Below, in pieces: positions 1-14,110 of a DNA stretch of 64,000 nucleotides. The notes below the pieces were generated by a model. It was not told the DNA's origin. It saw nothing but the letters and a program-made list of their open reading frames with translations, and made no database searches. The translations under genes were made by a program, and so were the position numbers. Source of the DNA: Octopus sinensis (Eukaryota); contig NC_043019.1 in the NCBI RefSeq assembly GCF_006345805.1, positions 13,887,360 through 13,951,359 on the forward strand, in the 5' to 3' direction. Each line of letters begins with the position of its first letter. Position 1 is the stretch's first letter.

Positions 1-100
1 GTGGCATCATTCGAAAGCTAAAACAACACGAAGCGCATTGTGACCAATAATGTATACCTTCCAGTAGTCTGGTCCATGCAGCGATTCAGCGCTACATGCG

Positions 101-172
<72 letters not shown>

Positions 173-896
173 GATACGCATATACACACATGTATATATA
201 ATTAAATACACCCATATATACACACAGAAAATATAAACATACACCACACACCTATATATATTCACAATATACATATATATATATATATGTATACATGCGC
301 ATATAGACAAATATGCACGCACACACATATTGGTTGTACTTGTAAATATTTTATGTGTGTATTGTAATCTCTACTGATTACTTTCGCGAATACAGTATTT
401 TAAAATCTCTTGCGTAATTTCAGCAAAGCAGAAAAATTGAAAAGTAACATTGTATTAACTTTAAAGGACTATATCATGTCATACATATATTTATCTAATT
501 TTCCATTGCTATAGAGCACTTTTGTTTTTGTTATATATTTATGAGAGAGACAGCAGAAATGATTGATGTATATCCTTGTGCATATATCTAGCTGCCACTA
601 CCAAACTACCTATATATATATATGCATATAAACGCACCCTCCAGTTACACACACATAGTCATTTGTTTATGCTCTATACGTACGTGTGTATGTGTTTTGT
701 TAAGGAGGCAATGCTATTAATTTAAAGATGAGAGAGTGAAGAAATTGGTGAGGAGGCATGAGATGAAAGATGGAGGAGGGGTGAAGAGGGGGTAAGAAAT
801 GATAACATGGATGTACCCGGGACTTCTCAAGGGGGTAGAGGGAGGATGTTATCACAACGTTTGTTATTTTTATTTTTGTGCGAAGCTTGAGTAGCA

Positions 897-964
<68 letters not shown>

Positions 965-2143
965 AGTGAGAGAGAGAGTGAGTGAAAGAGAGGGAGAGCG
1001 AGAGAGAGAGGTTGGAAAGAAAGCGGCTTGGCTGACTGTGTGGTAATATAGATTCTGTATGTATGCTTATATGAGTCTATCTCTATGTAAGTATCTATAT
1101 GGATGTGTGTATGTGTGTGTGTGTGTGCGTGTGTGTTATGGGTTGTGAAAACATAAGGTGAAAACGTGTGCACGTGTGTGTATGCATGCGTGACACACAC
1201 ACACATACACATAAACATACACACACACACACACACTCACAAATATATTCTAGAATTTTTTCTGATAGTATATTTGTTTAGGCTTCGGTCAGCTATCATT
1301 AAGCATGTCTATGATCAAAAGTATGCCCGTCCCATCCATGGCCACCCAGACTGTGTCGGCAGAGGAAGGCCTACATTATCCAATATGTATTTTTCCATTA
1401 TTAATACCAAGCCAAATGCGGCGAGCTGGCAGAATCGTTAGTACATCTGGCGAAATGCTTAGCAGTATTTCGTCTGCTGCTACGTTCTGAGTTCAAATTC
1501 TGCCGAGGTCGACTTTGCCTTTCATCCTTCCAGGGTCGATGAAATAAGTAACAGTCAATGGATCTAGTTTGTTTAGTTGCCAGTATTTCGATTCCCGGAC
1601 CGGGAAATGAGCCACTTCATTTCCCGTTGCCCCAGTCCACACAGCTGCAAATGGGTCACCATGCGACGGATTAGCCTTCCAGTCAGGGTGGAGGAGGGTA
1701 GGGGTGGATGTTGGCCTGCTCGCCCAGCCAGCGGGGTGGCATCATTTGAAAGCTAAAACGATGCAAAGCGCATTGTGACCAGCGACGTATTACATCCAAG
1801 TAGTCTGGTCGATAACCTGATACGTATATATATATATTATATATATATATATATAATAATATATATATATATAAATAAATGCACCTTTTAAAGCCTAGCC
1901 AGGCTCATGGGCCGGTTTCCCGGTTTCCGTGGCGTATGTGTTCCCCAGCTGGACGCGACGCCAGTCCATCGCAGCGTTACTCATTTTTGCAAGCTGAGTG
2001 GACTGGAGCAACGTGGAATGAAGTCACAATCATACATACGATCAGGATGCTGACACCCTAACCACTAAGCCAAGCGCCTCCACACACACACACACACACA
2101 CACACACCACACACACACATATATATACATATATATACATACA

Positions 2144-2180
<37 letters not shown>

Positions 2181-2195
2181 ATATATATACATACA

Positions 2196-2232
<37 letters not shown>

Positions 2233-2251
2233 ATATATATACATACATACA

Positions 2252-2288
<37 letters not shown>

Positions 2289-2323
2289 ATATATATACAT
2301 ACATACATACATACATGTAATAC

Positions 2324-2380
<57 letters not shown>

Positions 2381-2448
2381 TATTACATATATATATATAC
2401 ATATATATACATATATTGATATATACATACATACATACATATGTATAT

Positions 2449-2480
<32 letters not shown>

Positions 2481-3279
2481 ATAATATATATATATATATA
2501 TTGCACTTGTGTAAAATACCCCTATTTACTATATTTCACAAACGCATGTGTGTGTGTGTGTTTGTATTTGTTTATGTGTGTGTACATGTGTGTGTATGTG
2601 TGCGTGTATGTGATTGTGTGTGTGAGTACGCACGTGCCATCAAAATTGACGGTACAAAACGCCATTTAATAAATGCATCGGTATAACATACATGCCATAT
2701 ATTACAATATAGACTTTTATTAGAATAATAATTTGATTTTCATTGAAAACAACTTGAATGATTGGATCTAAAGAGAAATAGACTCGAGGAAAAGTTCATA
2801 AAGTTTTACTGAAATCGTTTGAGTAAGCTATTGAGGTGAAAACAATAAAAACGTCTTTATTTGATTGTTGGCTTTTCTTCCGACTAATATTTTATGAAAT
2901 CGCTGGCGTGGCTGCGCAGCAAAACATGACAGCGACTTACAGATATAACCGCTATTTAGACTATTATTCAAAGATGGTAAGGCGGTAAGCTGGCTGAGGT
3001 GTTAGCACGGCGCGCAAAATCTTTTGCGGCATTTCGTCCGTCTTTACGTTCTGGGTTCAGATTCGACGGAGGTCGACTTTGCCTTTCATCATTTCGGGGT
3101 CGATAAATTACGTACCAGTGAAACACTGGGGTTGATGTATTCGACTAGACCTTCCTCCACCAAATTTCAGGCCTTTTACCTATAGTAGAAAAGATTATTA
3201 TTATTATTATTATGATTATTATTGAGTGAGTGAGAGAGCAGTGCATGCCATCAAAGTGACACTGGGGTAAAATATACGT

Positions 3280-3505
3280 ATTTCTTTACTACTCACAAGG
3301 GGCTAAACACAGAGGGGACAAACAAGGACAGACATAGGTATTAAGTCAATTACATCGACCCCAGTGCGTAACTGGTACTTAATTTATCGACCCCGAAAGG
3401 ATGAAAGGCAAAGTCGACCTCGGCGGAATTTGAACTCACAGCGTAACGGCAGACGAAATACGGCTAAGCATTTCGCCCGGCGTGCCAACGTTTCTGCCAG
3501 CTCGC
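3280..3505 (-). mobile_element. Full-length Meta-like SINE with 17-bp TSD, nested in another repeat
   Basis: CTGGGGTAAAATATACG at 3262-3278 and 3506-3522. Confidence 0.85.
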
Positions 3506-4557
3506 CTGGGGTAAAATATACGAAGCCCAGTATACCCCTCATGACTACCCGTCTGATAAGGGTCACCAGGCACATGCATCACAACCATATGTGCGCAACA
3601 TGGTGATCTCATATCAAGATAAACAGCGCATGACGTTGCTCTAACAACAAGGCCACGTGCCTCCACATATAATACATATATAAATTATTTCTTTCTGCGT
3701 TTCATAGGATGTCTGCCCGTGTGTGCATATATTTCTCACCCCTGATTCTTTTTATTTCTTACCAATAAATTGCATCCCGCTTCTCTAAATTTCCACCTCT
3801 GTTTTCCTTCCGATTTCCATCGATTCTTTCGGCCCAAAAGCTGTCTAATATTGCCCTTATCACAAACTTCTACTCTTTCTCATACCAAACTATTATCTCC
3901 CCACCCCGTCTCATCACATGCTTTCCCTCTATGTCCTCGTTTTCGCTTGCTTCGCTCACTGTCTTTACCCAACCACTCGCAACCAACCACTTTCTCCTCG
4001 TTCTGCAAGTGGTTTGTGTACACTGAGAGCGAAAACTAGAGCAACAACCTTGAGCGCAATGATTACTGAAGCAAGCAAGCAAGCAAGCATCGCCGCGAAC
4101 ACACTACCCCCAACACCAGCAATCTATACATGGTTAATAACACAAGGCCAAGAACAACGCCTTTACTGTACCATCGATCCTGCTTAGTCATAATGAGGTA
4201 ATAGTCACAATATATCAGGAAGATTAATATAGTAACATATTTATTCATTTTGTGTATTATTAAGGTGTCGCTTGTCACGGGCCTCCAACGGTTAATTGCT
4301 GAGTCACTGTATTTACAAGGACGCGGGGGGTTGGGGGTTGGTAGCTGAGTGTTGTGCACTTATGCAATAGTGTTTTTATTCGAAAGTGCGAGCTTTGTAA
4401 TCAAAAAGCCGATGATGATGATGATGATGTTATTGAGAATATTGTCATTGTTATTTAGCCCATGGCCTGGTCTAATCTGGTGCAGCTATTCTTAGACGCG
4501 TTCAACTTGTAGCCACCACACCTTGTTATTAGTCACTGGCTACATTATTTAATGTGA

Positions 4558-4878
4558 GGGCGCGTGGCTTAGTGGTTAGGGGCATTCGACTCACGATTGT
4601 AAGGTCGTGAGTTCGATTCTTGGCGACGCGTTGTGTCCTTGAGCAAGACACTTTATTTCACGTTGCTCCAGTCCACTCAGCTGGCAAAAATGAGATGTAC
4701 CTGTATTTCAAAGGGCCAACCATGTCACACTTTGTGTCACGCTGAATCTCCCTGCGAACTATGTTAGGGGTACGCGTGTCTGTGGAGTACTCAGCCACTT
4801 GCACGTAAATTTCATGAGCAGGCTGTTCCGTTGATCGTATCAGCTGGGACCCTCGTCGTCGTAACCGACGGAGTGCTC
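4558..4878 (+). mobile_element. tRNA-derived CORE-type SINE (octopus OR-like)
   Basis: A box TGGCTTAGTGG, B box GAGTTCGATTC, CORE-like gtgtccttgagcaagacacttt. Related copies at 12488-12807(-), 27803-28290(-, dimer), 42570-42875 and 63465-63700. Confidence 0.8.
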
Positions 4879-5270
4879 CAATGCATTATTTAATGTGGTT
4901 GAGGCGGCGCGCTCGCAGCAACAAAAAAAAATGCTGAACAGCTTTTCGCCTGTCCTTACGTTCTGAGCTCAAATTCCGCCGAGGTCGACTTTGCCATTCA
5001 TCCTTTCGAGGTCGATAAATTAAGTATCAGTTGAGTGCTGGGGTCAATGTAATCGACTGGCCCCTACCCCCAAAATTTCAGGCCTTGTACCTATAGCTGA
5101 AAGGATTATATAATGTGGCTTATTTCATTAAAACACTAAGGGATGTGATTTGAGGGAGATTGGGTTGCTGCTTCTAGAAGGTCGATCGTCTGTGTAGAGG
5201 CACCATCGTTTGATTGTAATGACAATATAAATGCTGTTACTGTGGTTGTTGTTGTTGTCTTCTTCTTCTT

Positions 5271-5301
<31 letters not shown>

Positions 5302-5399
5302 ACCATCCTGGGGTACAGAGGATTCGCAATCTAGACTAGGGTCTGAAAGTTTTACCACCCCATAGTGGGTTACACTACGGTTCCTCTGCTTTGTGACAG

Positions 5400-5593
5400 A
5401 AGTAAGAAGAAAGAGCGAGGGTAAATTGTGGTGAAAGAGTGCAGCGGGGGTTCACCACCACCCCCGCCGGAGCATCGTGGAGCTTTTAGGTGTTTTCGCT
5501 CAATAAACATTCACAATGCCCGGTCTGGGAATCGAAACCGCGATCCTACGACCGCGAGTCCGCTGCCCTAACCACTGGGCCATTGCGCCTCCA
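5400..5593 (-). mobile_element. tRNA(Arg)-like-headed SINE
   Basis: ggaggcgcaatggcccagtggttagggcagcggactcgcggtc...ggtttcgattccc. Copies at 25530-25696(-), 61895-62043(-) and 17288-17550(+). Confidence 0.75.
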
Positions 5594-5938
5594 CTGCTGT
5601 TGTTGTTGTTGTTGTTGCTACTGTTGCTGCTGTTGGTATTGATGACAAGGTGGCGAGCTGGCAGAAACGTTAGCACGTCGGGCGAAATGCTTAGCAGTAT
5701 TTCGTCTGCCGTTACGTTCTGAGTTCAAATTCCGCCGAGGTCGACTTTGCCTTTCATCCTTTCGGTGTCGATTAAATAAGTACCAGTTACGCACTGGGGT
5801 CGATATAATCGACTTGATCCGTTTGTCTGTCCTTGTTTGTCCCCTCTGTGTTTAGCCCCTTGTGGGTAGTAAAGAAATAGGTATTGATGACAATGTTGAT
5901 GATGATTGCGATGACGACTGCGGTTTTGTATTTTCCAG

Positions 5939-6064
5939 GTTTCCTTCCATCCTTCCTGTTCTGGAAACTGAGTTCGTCGCTGAGAAAATAATTGAGGCTG
6001 TTTTGTGCAACCAGGAAGTTCTCTATGTTCCACGCATCATTTATTTCATTTCGGCCGTAAAAGG
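5939..6064 (+). CDS. Penultimate coding exon of an SDR16C-type short-chain dehydrogenase/reductase (RDH10/SDR16C5-like retinol dehydrogenase)
   Basis: Acceptor ttttccag|G and donor GG|gtaagt, phase 2-2, 126 nt. Encodes (R)FPSILPVLETEFVAEKIIEAVLCNQEVLYVPRIIYFISAVKG, matching the recognisable SDR16C C-terminal block (RFP.LLP.L.PE.VA.KI..AV..NQ..L..PR). Upstream exons were not found in the window. Confidence 0.9.
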
Positions 6065-6285
6065 GTAAGTTTTTCATTTTTTGTTTTCTATTCCCGACTG
6101 AATTATTGCAGTTATTTTTGTTGTTTAATCCCCAGATCAGCTCCTGATCAAATAGATTTCAACCGTGGCCATCTTGTCTGTTCGCGCCCAGCGTATCTCG
6201 GTCTAGAGATTCTATATGTTCCCTTTTCTATAAAAAAAAAGCAGTAGACTGTAATTTGAAGAAGGTTTGCTTGTTTCTTCTAGAG

Positions 6286-6510
6286 CAGGGGCGGGGAAAA
6301 CCCCGCCCGCAGGAGCAATTGCGAACGCGAGCCCATTTTATTGTGCCCGCAGGCTTATATAGTCATATGTACAAAATATAGTAAATTTTTCAATCAAAAT
6401 ATTCGTATGCCTTTTTGCGACAAAGGTCGCGTTTCCACTACGATAAAACGCCCAGAAACCGTCCGATAATTGCCATTTGAATGGAAATTTTGTTTTCACT
6501 ATAAAACACA
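6286..6510 (+). mobile_element. Left part of hAT/Charlie-type MITE
   Basis: tctagag|CAGGGGCGGGGAAAACCCCGCCCGCAGG resembles Charlie termini (CAGGGGTGGGCAAAC..GGCCCGCGGG) after a CTAGAG target. Right end not found. Confidence 0.45.
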
Positions 6511-6512
6511 TA

Positions 6513-7511
6513 CCGTAAATCCTTGAGTATAACCCGCATTTCCCCCCAAAATTTAAAGGTCAAAATCCTTAGTGCGTACTATATACGAGGTTAAAAATGA
6601 AAATTATTTTCTAAGCAATGTTCGAATCTTTATTTGCTGTCCGGCAATGTTTATTAAGACGCATTTTGTGATGTTGGGCGCGAAAATACCTTAAGCTAAG
6701 CCTGAAAGCGATGAAGTCATAAAAGAATCATCCATAACTTGTAGTAAGCAACATTTATTAAACATTATTACGGTTATTTCTTTATTTTCTACAAACAAAA
6801 TACACAAAAAAGCTACACGTTTGCATTATGCTTTATATACAATAATAATAAAGGACGTTACCATATACATTTTTACAAACCAAGGATGTTATATAGACCT
6901 CCTTGACTCAAGTTAGAGAAGGGGCGCGTATTATACACAAGGTTTAGGTTTTTCAGAGGTACAGCCCCCTAAAAATCCCCAGCGTATACACATTTGCATT
7001 ATGTTATATATACAATAATAATTAAGGACGTTACCATATACATTTTTACAAACCAAGGATGTTATATAGACCTCCTTGACTCAAGTTAGAGAAGGGGCGC
7101 GTATTATACACAAGGTTTAGGTTTTTCAGAGGTACAGCCCCCTAAAAATCCCCAGCGTATACACATTTGCATTATGTTATATATCCAATAATAATTAAGG
7201 ACGTTACCGTATACAGTTTTACAAACCAAGGACGTTATATAGACCTCCTTGACTCAAGTTAGAGAAGGGGCGCGTATTATACATAAGGTTTAGGTTTTTC
7301 AGAGGTACAGCCCCCTAAAAATCCCCAGCGTATACACATTTGCATTATGTTATATATACAATAATAATTAAGGACGTTACCGTATACAGTTTTACAAACC
7401 AAGGACGTTATATAGACCTCCTTGACTCAAGTTAGAGAAGGGGCGCGTATTATACACAAGGTTTAGGTTTTTCAGAGGTACAGCCCCCTAAAAATCCTCT
7501 GCGTATTATAC
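6513..7511. mobile_element. Pogo/Tigger-like non-autonomous DNA transposon with internal 4x173-bp tandem array
   Basis: Begins TA|CCGTAAATCCTTGAGTATAA and ends in a truncated GCGTATTATACT. Repeat landmark agttagagaa at 6911, 7084, 7257 and 7430. Confidence 0.6.
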
Positions 7512-7752
7512 TTTGATCGTTCTAACCGGCCTTCAGCTGGTTTTCTGGTACTGTACAAACTCGGTTGTTCGATGGAATTTTCAAGTTAGTAAAATATAAC
7601 ACACACACACACGGACACACACACACATACACATACACACGCGCGCATAGAAATAGGTGCATATACGCATATATATATATAGAGACACATTCACACACAC
7701 ATATAGACACATTTACACACACATACAGGCATACATATATGTCTGTGTATCA

Positions 7753-7783
<31 letters not shown>

Positions 7784-8242
7784 CACTCATACACACACAC
7801 ACACTCACACACGCACACATATATATACATATACATATGTATGTTATATGTATATACACACACACACTGAGAACGTTTCTCTTTTATAAACATCATTAAA
7901 AATATGATTTCATAAAAAGAAGAAAACAAAAATAAAACAAAACAAGATAAAAAAGGCCACCGACCCACCCCGCCCTCTCCGATAAAAGCCATTTCAACAA
8001 TCTCCTATATTTTTTGCCTATTATGGTTCCCTTTGTTCATAATGGGAATATTTCCACAGCGAGTACCTTTGTTTACACTGGGAGTTTTCTGTTAGTTTAC
8101 CATAACGTTTTCTATTGACGTTTTACGGTTGTTATGTGTCAATAACAACATGTTTTGGTTTTGAAGCCGAGCTACAATGGACGTGTGAAAATTTGTATGC
8201 GGCAATACAATATGGGTGAGAAATGGGAAAGGGAAATACGTG

Positions 8243-8274
<32 letters not shown>

Positions 8275-8352
8275 AAACTTATGTTGTTTTTTATTTTGAG
8301 TATTTGAGTAGTGCAAAAAACGCTTGGATCAAAAGCGTTTGTAATGTTTCAT

Positions 8353-8390
<38 letters not shown>

Positions 8391-8397
8391 TATATAG

Positions 8398-8450
<53 letters not shown>

Positions 8451-8724
8451 TAATATATATAGTATAATATATATATATGTATATATATCATATGTATATA
8501 TATAATATATGTATAATAATAATATGGGTATATATATTATATAATAATATGGTGAGTGTGTGCGTGTATCAGTGTATATTACACACACAACACACACAAC
8601 ACAACACACACTACACACCCACACACACATATATATATATATATATATAATATAGATAGATAGATATAGATATAATGTGTAAATATATATGCATATGAAT
8701 ATATATTTGTTATAGATACCTACC

Positions 8725-8777
<53 letters not shown>

Positions 8778-8818
8778 TATATAAAGGGGTTTGTATGATT
8801 GTATATAGAGGGATATAT

Positions 8819-9082
8819 ATTATTCAAAGAAATTCCAACTCTGTCTGTTTTCTATGTTTTATTTATATTCTTTATAATATTAATGTAGAATATAGAATAT
8901 ATAGTGTAAATAATATATATATATAGTAAAATGAAATGAAGTATTGATTGTCTTATTGAATAGATGAAATATTGAATATCAAATATTAGGGGACTAGTAT
9001 ACTTTCTTGCATTTAAGCAGTCTTCAAGGTCCCAGGGTGTGACGGGAGTGTTTCAACCAGAGTTGGAATTTCTTTGAATAAT
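8819..9082 (-). mobile_element. Penelope-like short element with 25-bp inverted ends and hammerhead-like motif, in SDR intron
   Basis: Perfect 25-bp inverted repeat 8819-8843 / 9058-9082. Minus strand 9033-8990 reads gggac-C-UUGAAGA-cugc..gcaa-GAAA-guauac-UA-guccc. Embedded in (TA)n. Confidence 0.55.
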
Positions 9083-9820
9083 ATATATATGTGTGTGTGT
9101 GGTGTGAGAGTGTGTGTGTGTGTGTAAATATATACATACGATTACTATACACACATGTTGATATATAGTATGTATGTATTCATACACATGTATATATATA
9201 TATGTGTGTGTGTGTGTGTAAAGGGTAAAGGGCCATGATATTGAACCTAGAAAATTCCCCACCCCACCTCACCCGAACCACATGTCTGGGCAAGGTAGTT
9301 TTATGGAAGGCCAGCGGTCACCCATGTCTCCCAGTCTCCCCCACCCCACATGCCATCGATGTTATGCAAGAGAAAGGCAAAGGGGCCGACACAGCTTGGC
9401 ACCAGTGACGTTGCAACTCATTTCTGCAGCCGAGTTAACTGGAGCAACGTGAAATAAAGTGTCTTGCTCAAGAACACAACACACAGCCAAGTCTGAGAAT
9501 CGAACTCACTACCTCATGATTGTGAGCCCGACGCTCTAACCACTGAGCTATGCGTACACATAAGATCATATACTTTCACACTTATATATCATCATCTTCA
9601 TCATTTAACGTCCCATTTTGTAAGTTGGCATGGGTTGGACGGTTCAGTAGGCTCCAAGTCATAAAACTGCGTCCTTCCCCAGTCTCTGCTTTGGCTGCTA
9701 CGGCTGGATGTCCTTCCTAATACTATAATGGCACTTTTTTTTCGTGAGACCAACATTTATGTTGTCGCTTTTCAGCTTACAAGAGTAAAGGGCTTAACAG
9801 GGGACCCGTTTGATGTCTCA

Positions 9821-9887
<67 letters not shown>

Positions 9888-10046
9888 CATCCATCCATCC
9901 ATCCATCCATCCATCCATCCATCCACCCACCCATCCACCCATCCACCCATCCATCCATCCACCCACCCATCCACCCATCCACCCATCCATCCATCCATCC
10001 ACCCATCCATCCATCTATCTATTTATCCATCTATATATCTATCTAA

Positions 10047-10096
<50 letters not shown>

Positions 10097-10215
10097 CTAT
10101 TTGTCTGTCAGTGCATCCATCCATCTATCTGTCTGTCTGTCCATCTATCCATCTATCTATATACCTATCTGTCTGTCTATCTATCTGTTATATTTTGTCT
10201 GATATCTCTTTTCAG

Positions 10216-10483
10216 AATTATTCCCGTGAAGTGTTGGTCGTTGCTACTGAAGTTCACCGGGAGCTCACATTTGATGGACGAATTTCGTGGTCGATCGCTG
10301 GAGAAAAAGAAATCGATGCACGTCTCAGCAAGAGTATCGGTTCCGCCCTCACCTTCACCTGCACCCTCATCACTATTACCAATGTTATCATCAATAAAAC
10401 TAAACAACAACAGCAGCAACAACGAAGACTTATACGAAGTTACGAAATCAGTTAAAATGTCTGACACAGTTGTAGGCAACTAA
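10216..10483 (+). CDS. Terminal coding exon of the SDR16C-like gene
   Basis: Acceptor tctcttttcag|A completes the GG+A Gly codon from the previous exon (phase match). Encodes [26 protein letters not shown] (typical SDR16C ending) plus an extension to TAA at 10481-10483. Confidence 0.85.
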
Positions 10484-10549
10484 ACATGAAAATATCGAAA
10501 AAAGAAAAAAAAATGAAATAAGAGAAACTTATAAAAAATCGAAAAACAA

Positions 10550-10579
10550 AATAAAAACAAAAGTTTAAGAGTCAATAAA
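10550..10579 (+). promoter_or_regulatory. Candidate polyadenylation signals of the SDR gene
   Basis: AATAAA at 10550-10555 and 10574-10579, about 70-90 nt after the stop. The A-rich context lowers specificity. Confidence 0.35.
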
Positions 10580-10794
10580 ACTATGACGAGACTGAGATAA
10601 AACTTGAGATAAAAATGACAAAAACAAAAAATATATATATAAGAAAAAATGTCTTATTGTGGCTTCTAGATAATCTTTAATCTGAGACGATCAGGTTTGA
10701 CGGAAATTGAGAAAAATGAAAAAAATTGGCTCCGCTGGTCTGAGAAGCTGAGAAAGAAGTGTGTGTGTGTGTGTGTGTGTGTGAATGAGAGAGT

Positions 10795-10828
<34 letters not shown>

Positions 10829-10834
10829 AAGAAT

Positions 10835-10867
<33 letters not shown>

Positions 10868-11859
10868 TGTGTGTTGTGTTGATTGAACAGCGGACATTCT
10901 CCTAAGAATTGGAGAAGGAGACTGATAAAAAATAAATTATCCAACAAAACAACAAGCAAAAAAAACCCAAAAAAAAACCAAACAAACACAAAAGACATGA
11001 TGGACGTTTCCTCCTAAATGAACGTCTTCGTATTAGGGCAGAAAAAAAAAGATAAAAACTCTTGTTTTTTGCTTTACAGATATTTAACTTACGTTTCAAA
11101 GATGGAGAAGCAACAGGTTAATTTTAAAGTCATTTTATGCCAAAAATAGGGCCCAGCATCTGCTAAGTCAATAGATATGATGATAATGAACGATGACAAC
11201 AACAACAACAACAATAATAATGATAATAATGATTTCAAGTTTTGGCACAAAACCAGCAATTTTAATGGGCCAGTGTTAGTCGATACATCGACCTTTCTAT
11301 GTAATTGGTACTTTCATCTAATCGATTCCGAAACGATGAAATGGCAAAAGCCACTACGACCAATAGCGACATTAATATTAATTTCTTATATCGGTGCAAG
11401 GCATGGAATTTGAGGAAGGGTCTAGTCGATTGTATCGACCTTAGTTCTCAAATGTGTGTGTGGAAACTGGGTCATGAACGACGTGTTTCTGTGTTGTTAC
11501 GCTTCATCAGTTACAGACACCGAGCAAGTTGTTCATAGCTCATTAAGAATTGTTCTCATATTTAAATAACAAATAATAAATTTGCTCATGTGTGCAAAGC
11601 TTTGTCAAGCTGGAAGTAATTAATCAACACATTAAGTAATGATAATTTTAATCATCGTTGTTTAGTGTGCGTCTAATGAATAAATAATGATGATAATAAT
11701 TATAATAAACGCACGTGTACAGACACGCAAACATACTAACACAAAGATCTAAGGAGGTGTACCATGCTCTTCCCAGGTTCGAGTCCCCAAAGATCGCCGA
11801 GACTTTTTTTACACAGATATTAGTAAAGTGTGCCTGAGTGGAGGTGACACGAGACCAGC

Positions 11860-12170
11860 TGGTTCTGAGTAGTGCAAGCTATAGTGCCTTGTGGTTGTAG
11901 GAAGGACGGAGTATTTTCTGGCACATCGAAGATAAAGGCCTGAATTTGTGAATCATTCTGTCCTGTGGTGAAGAGATGTGCTCGCCAGGAAAGATTCTCA
12001 CGTGTGATGAGATCTAGCGTAAGCGTTGAGGAAAGTTGGTAGTTATAAGGAACTGAAATATTTTCTTGCGTTCCGAAGAAGAAACCCTGAATTTGTGAAG
12101 CATTCTTTTTTATGGTAAATATGTGTGCTTCTCAGGAAAGAATCTCACATATGATCAGGCCTAACATATG
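11860..12170 (-). pseudogene. Degraded LINE (CR1/L2/Jockey group) RT C-terminal fragment, tandemly duplicated (~147 bp)
   Basis: Minus strand gives MLGLIICEILS*EAHIFTIKKNASQIQGFFF and LDLITRENLSWRAHLFTTGQNDSQIQAFIF, resembling the LG...LSW..HI..I...AS...G.L motif. Confidence 0.55.
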
Positions 12171-12868
12171 TTGCTGCTTTGAGGAGTGTGGCAGTCTGCT
12201 ATTCGTGTAAATACAAGAGACACAGCTTAAACGACTGTACTACTGTTTCTAATCGTCTCTCCGCAGAATGGCAAATTGTATCTGCTCTCATTCGTCTTTA
12301 CACGAAGCGCCGTGATGTTGAGTGTCAACAAAATATCGGACAACAGGTCAGAGGTTCGTATCCTCTCTGTCTTTGTGAAGCAGTCTGTCCGAGGGTTAAA
12401 ATGACGAGCTCCACGATATGTAGCTACTGTGAGGAGTCTACCTGTTTGCTATTCATGCAAATCTTTACATTACATAAGTGGCCTGGTGCTCCGTCGGTTA
12501 TGACGACGAGGGTTCCAGTTGGTCCGATCAACGGAATAGTCTGCTCATGAAATTAACATGCAAGTGGCTGAATACTCCACAGACACGCGTACCTCTAACG
12601 TAGTTCGCAGGGATATTCAGCGTGACACAGAATGTGGCAAGGCCGGCCCTTTAAATTACAGCCACTATTCATTTTTGCCAGCTGAGTGGACTGGAGCAAC
12701 GTGAAATAAAGTGTCTTGCTCAAGGACACAACGTACCGCCGGGAATCGAACTAACGACCTTACTATCGTGAGCCGAATACCCTAACCACTAAGCCACGCG
12801 TCTTCACTTGTTAACACTAGAGGCACGCAAATACACACAAACACACAAGCATACGCACGTTCTGTATA

Positions 12869-13070
12869 CAGCAATCACTCGATTATTGCGGGAGCTACGT
12901 TCCAAAACCTCCCACGATTGGTGAAAAATATAAATATCTATCGGCCGCAGAAACCCGCGATATACTGAGGAGTCTGCGATATAAGTTTACATGTATTAGC
13001 CAGACAAAAAACCGCGATGTACTGAGTGCGCGATAGGTGATCCGCGATATGGCTAGGGATTGGATTACTG
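12869..13070. mobile_element. Tc1/mariner-Tigger-type MITE
   Basis: TA|CAGCAATC...GGATTACTG|TA imperfect TIRs, internal CCGCGATA repeats, TA TSD. Confidence 0.55.
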
Positions 13071-14014
13071 TATATGATATTGAGGAAGTAAGTGCAAACA
13101 CATTTGATTAGATGATCAAGATAATTATCGTTAATTGAGATTATATTCGTGTCAAATGGGAGCAACAGTTAATTCTAGCCAAAGGCAAATGGGATTAATG
13201 AACGTAAAAAATAAGTAAAATACATTGATGCCCCGTGGTCTCACGGAATGCATTCTTATATCAAAAGTCAGCTACGGAATGAATTGCTTACCTTCAGGTA
13301 ATGTCTGAAGGATGAGTAAATCTGGTGGAACCCCGCCCGCTGCAAAGTATTGAAAACGAAAAATAAGCGTTGATATACTTGTTATAGCGAGCACGATAAA
13401 TTTAATGAATCAAAACCGTACCTGTATAGAGAAGAGGCACGCATTGCTGAATAGTGTTTAACTAAACCAAATATTGGCAGGGGCGACAACTTGATGAAAA
13501 GAAGGATTGATAGCGAAGCGTGTTATCTGGTTTAACACTGCTTCACCCTAATGTGAGAGAGATTTGTCCTTTACAAACTATTCTGTTCTATTAAAAGAAA
13601 GGCGCTCATTCACTCATTTGCTCATTTGGTTCCCCTTCCTCACCAGTTTAAGAGCGGGAACTGCTTTTTCCAATCGTTCCTCTTCCGAATGGAAAATTGA
13701 ATGTCCTATAATTCGTCTTTATAAAAAAGAGCTCAGATAGATGCTAAAAGTGTCAATACAATATCAGACAAACAGACAGATGTTCATATCCTCTCATTGC
13801 TATAACGTTATGTCCGTAATGATATTTGAACAGTAGAATATCTCTTAGATTTAAGTAGCTACAAATGATCAGTTGAACCTTGCTTCGCCCGGTTCAGGAA
13901 TCGAAGCCATAATTTTACGATCATTGTCTAACTCCCTAACCACTAGCTCAAGCGTTTCCTCACACGCATGCGCAAACACAAACACAAACATGTATAAATG
14001 CATACTCACACACA

Positions 14015-14110
<96 letters not shown>

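Noticed and set aside
7-2686. Numerous YI/CV/HT-repeat ORFs here and throughout the window
   Set aside because: Dinucleotide microsatellite translations.
4558-4630. tRNA genes suggested by A/B boxes here and elsewhere
   Set aside because: All are SINE heads continuing into SINE bodies without proper acceptor stems.
7540-7590. SGTVQTRLFDGIFK resembling the SDR NTGMFDG motif
   Set aside because: Lies downstream of the exon it should precede and has no proper splice sites; likely a repeat fragment.
9728-10215. N-terminal part of the 251-aa ORF (SIYL/SIHP repeats)
   Set aside because: Translation of intronic (TATC)n/(TCCA)n upstream of the real acceptor.
13281-13322. Short hairpins (also 18137-18174) as pre-miRNA candidates
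   Set aside because: Stems of 13-18 bp are too short and no known mature miRNA was recognised.
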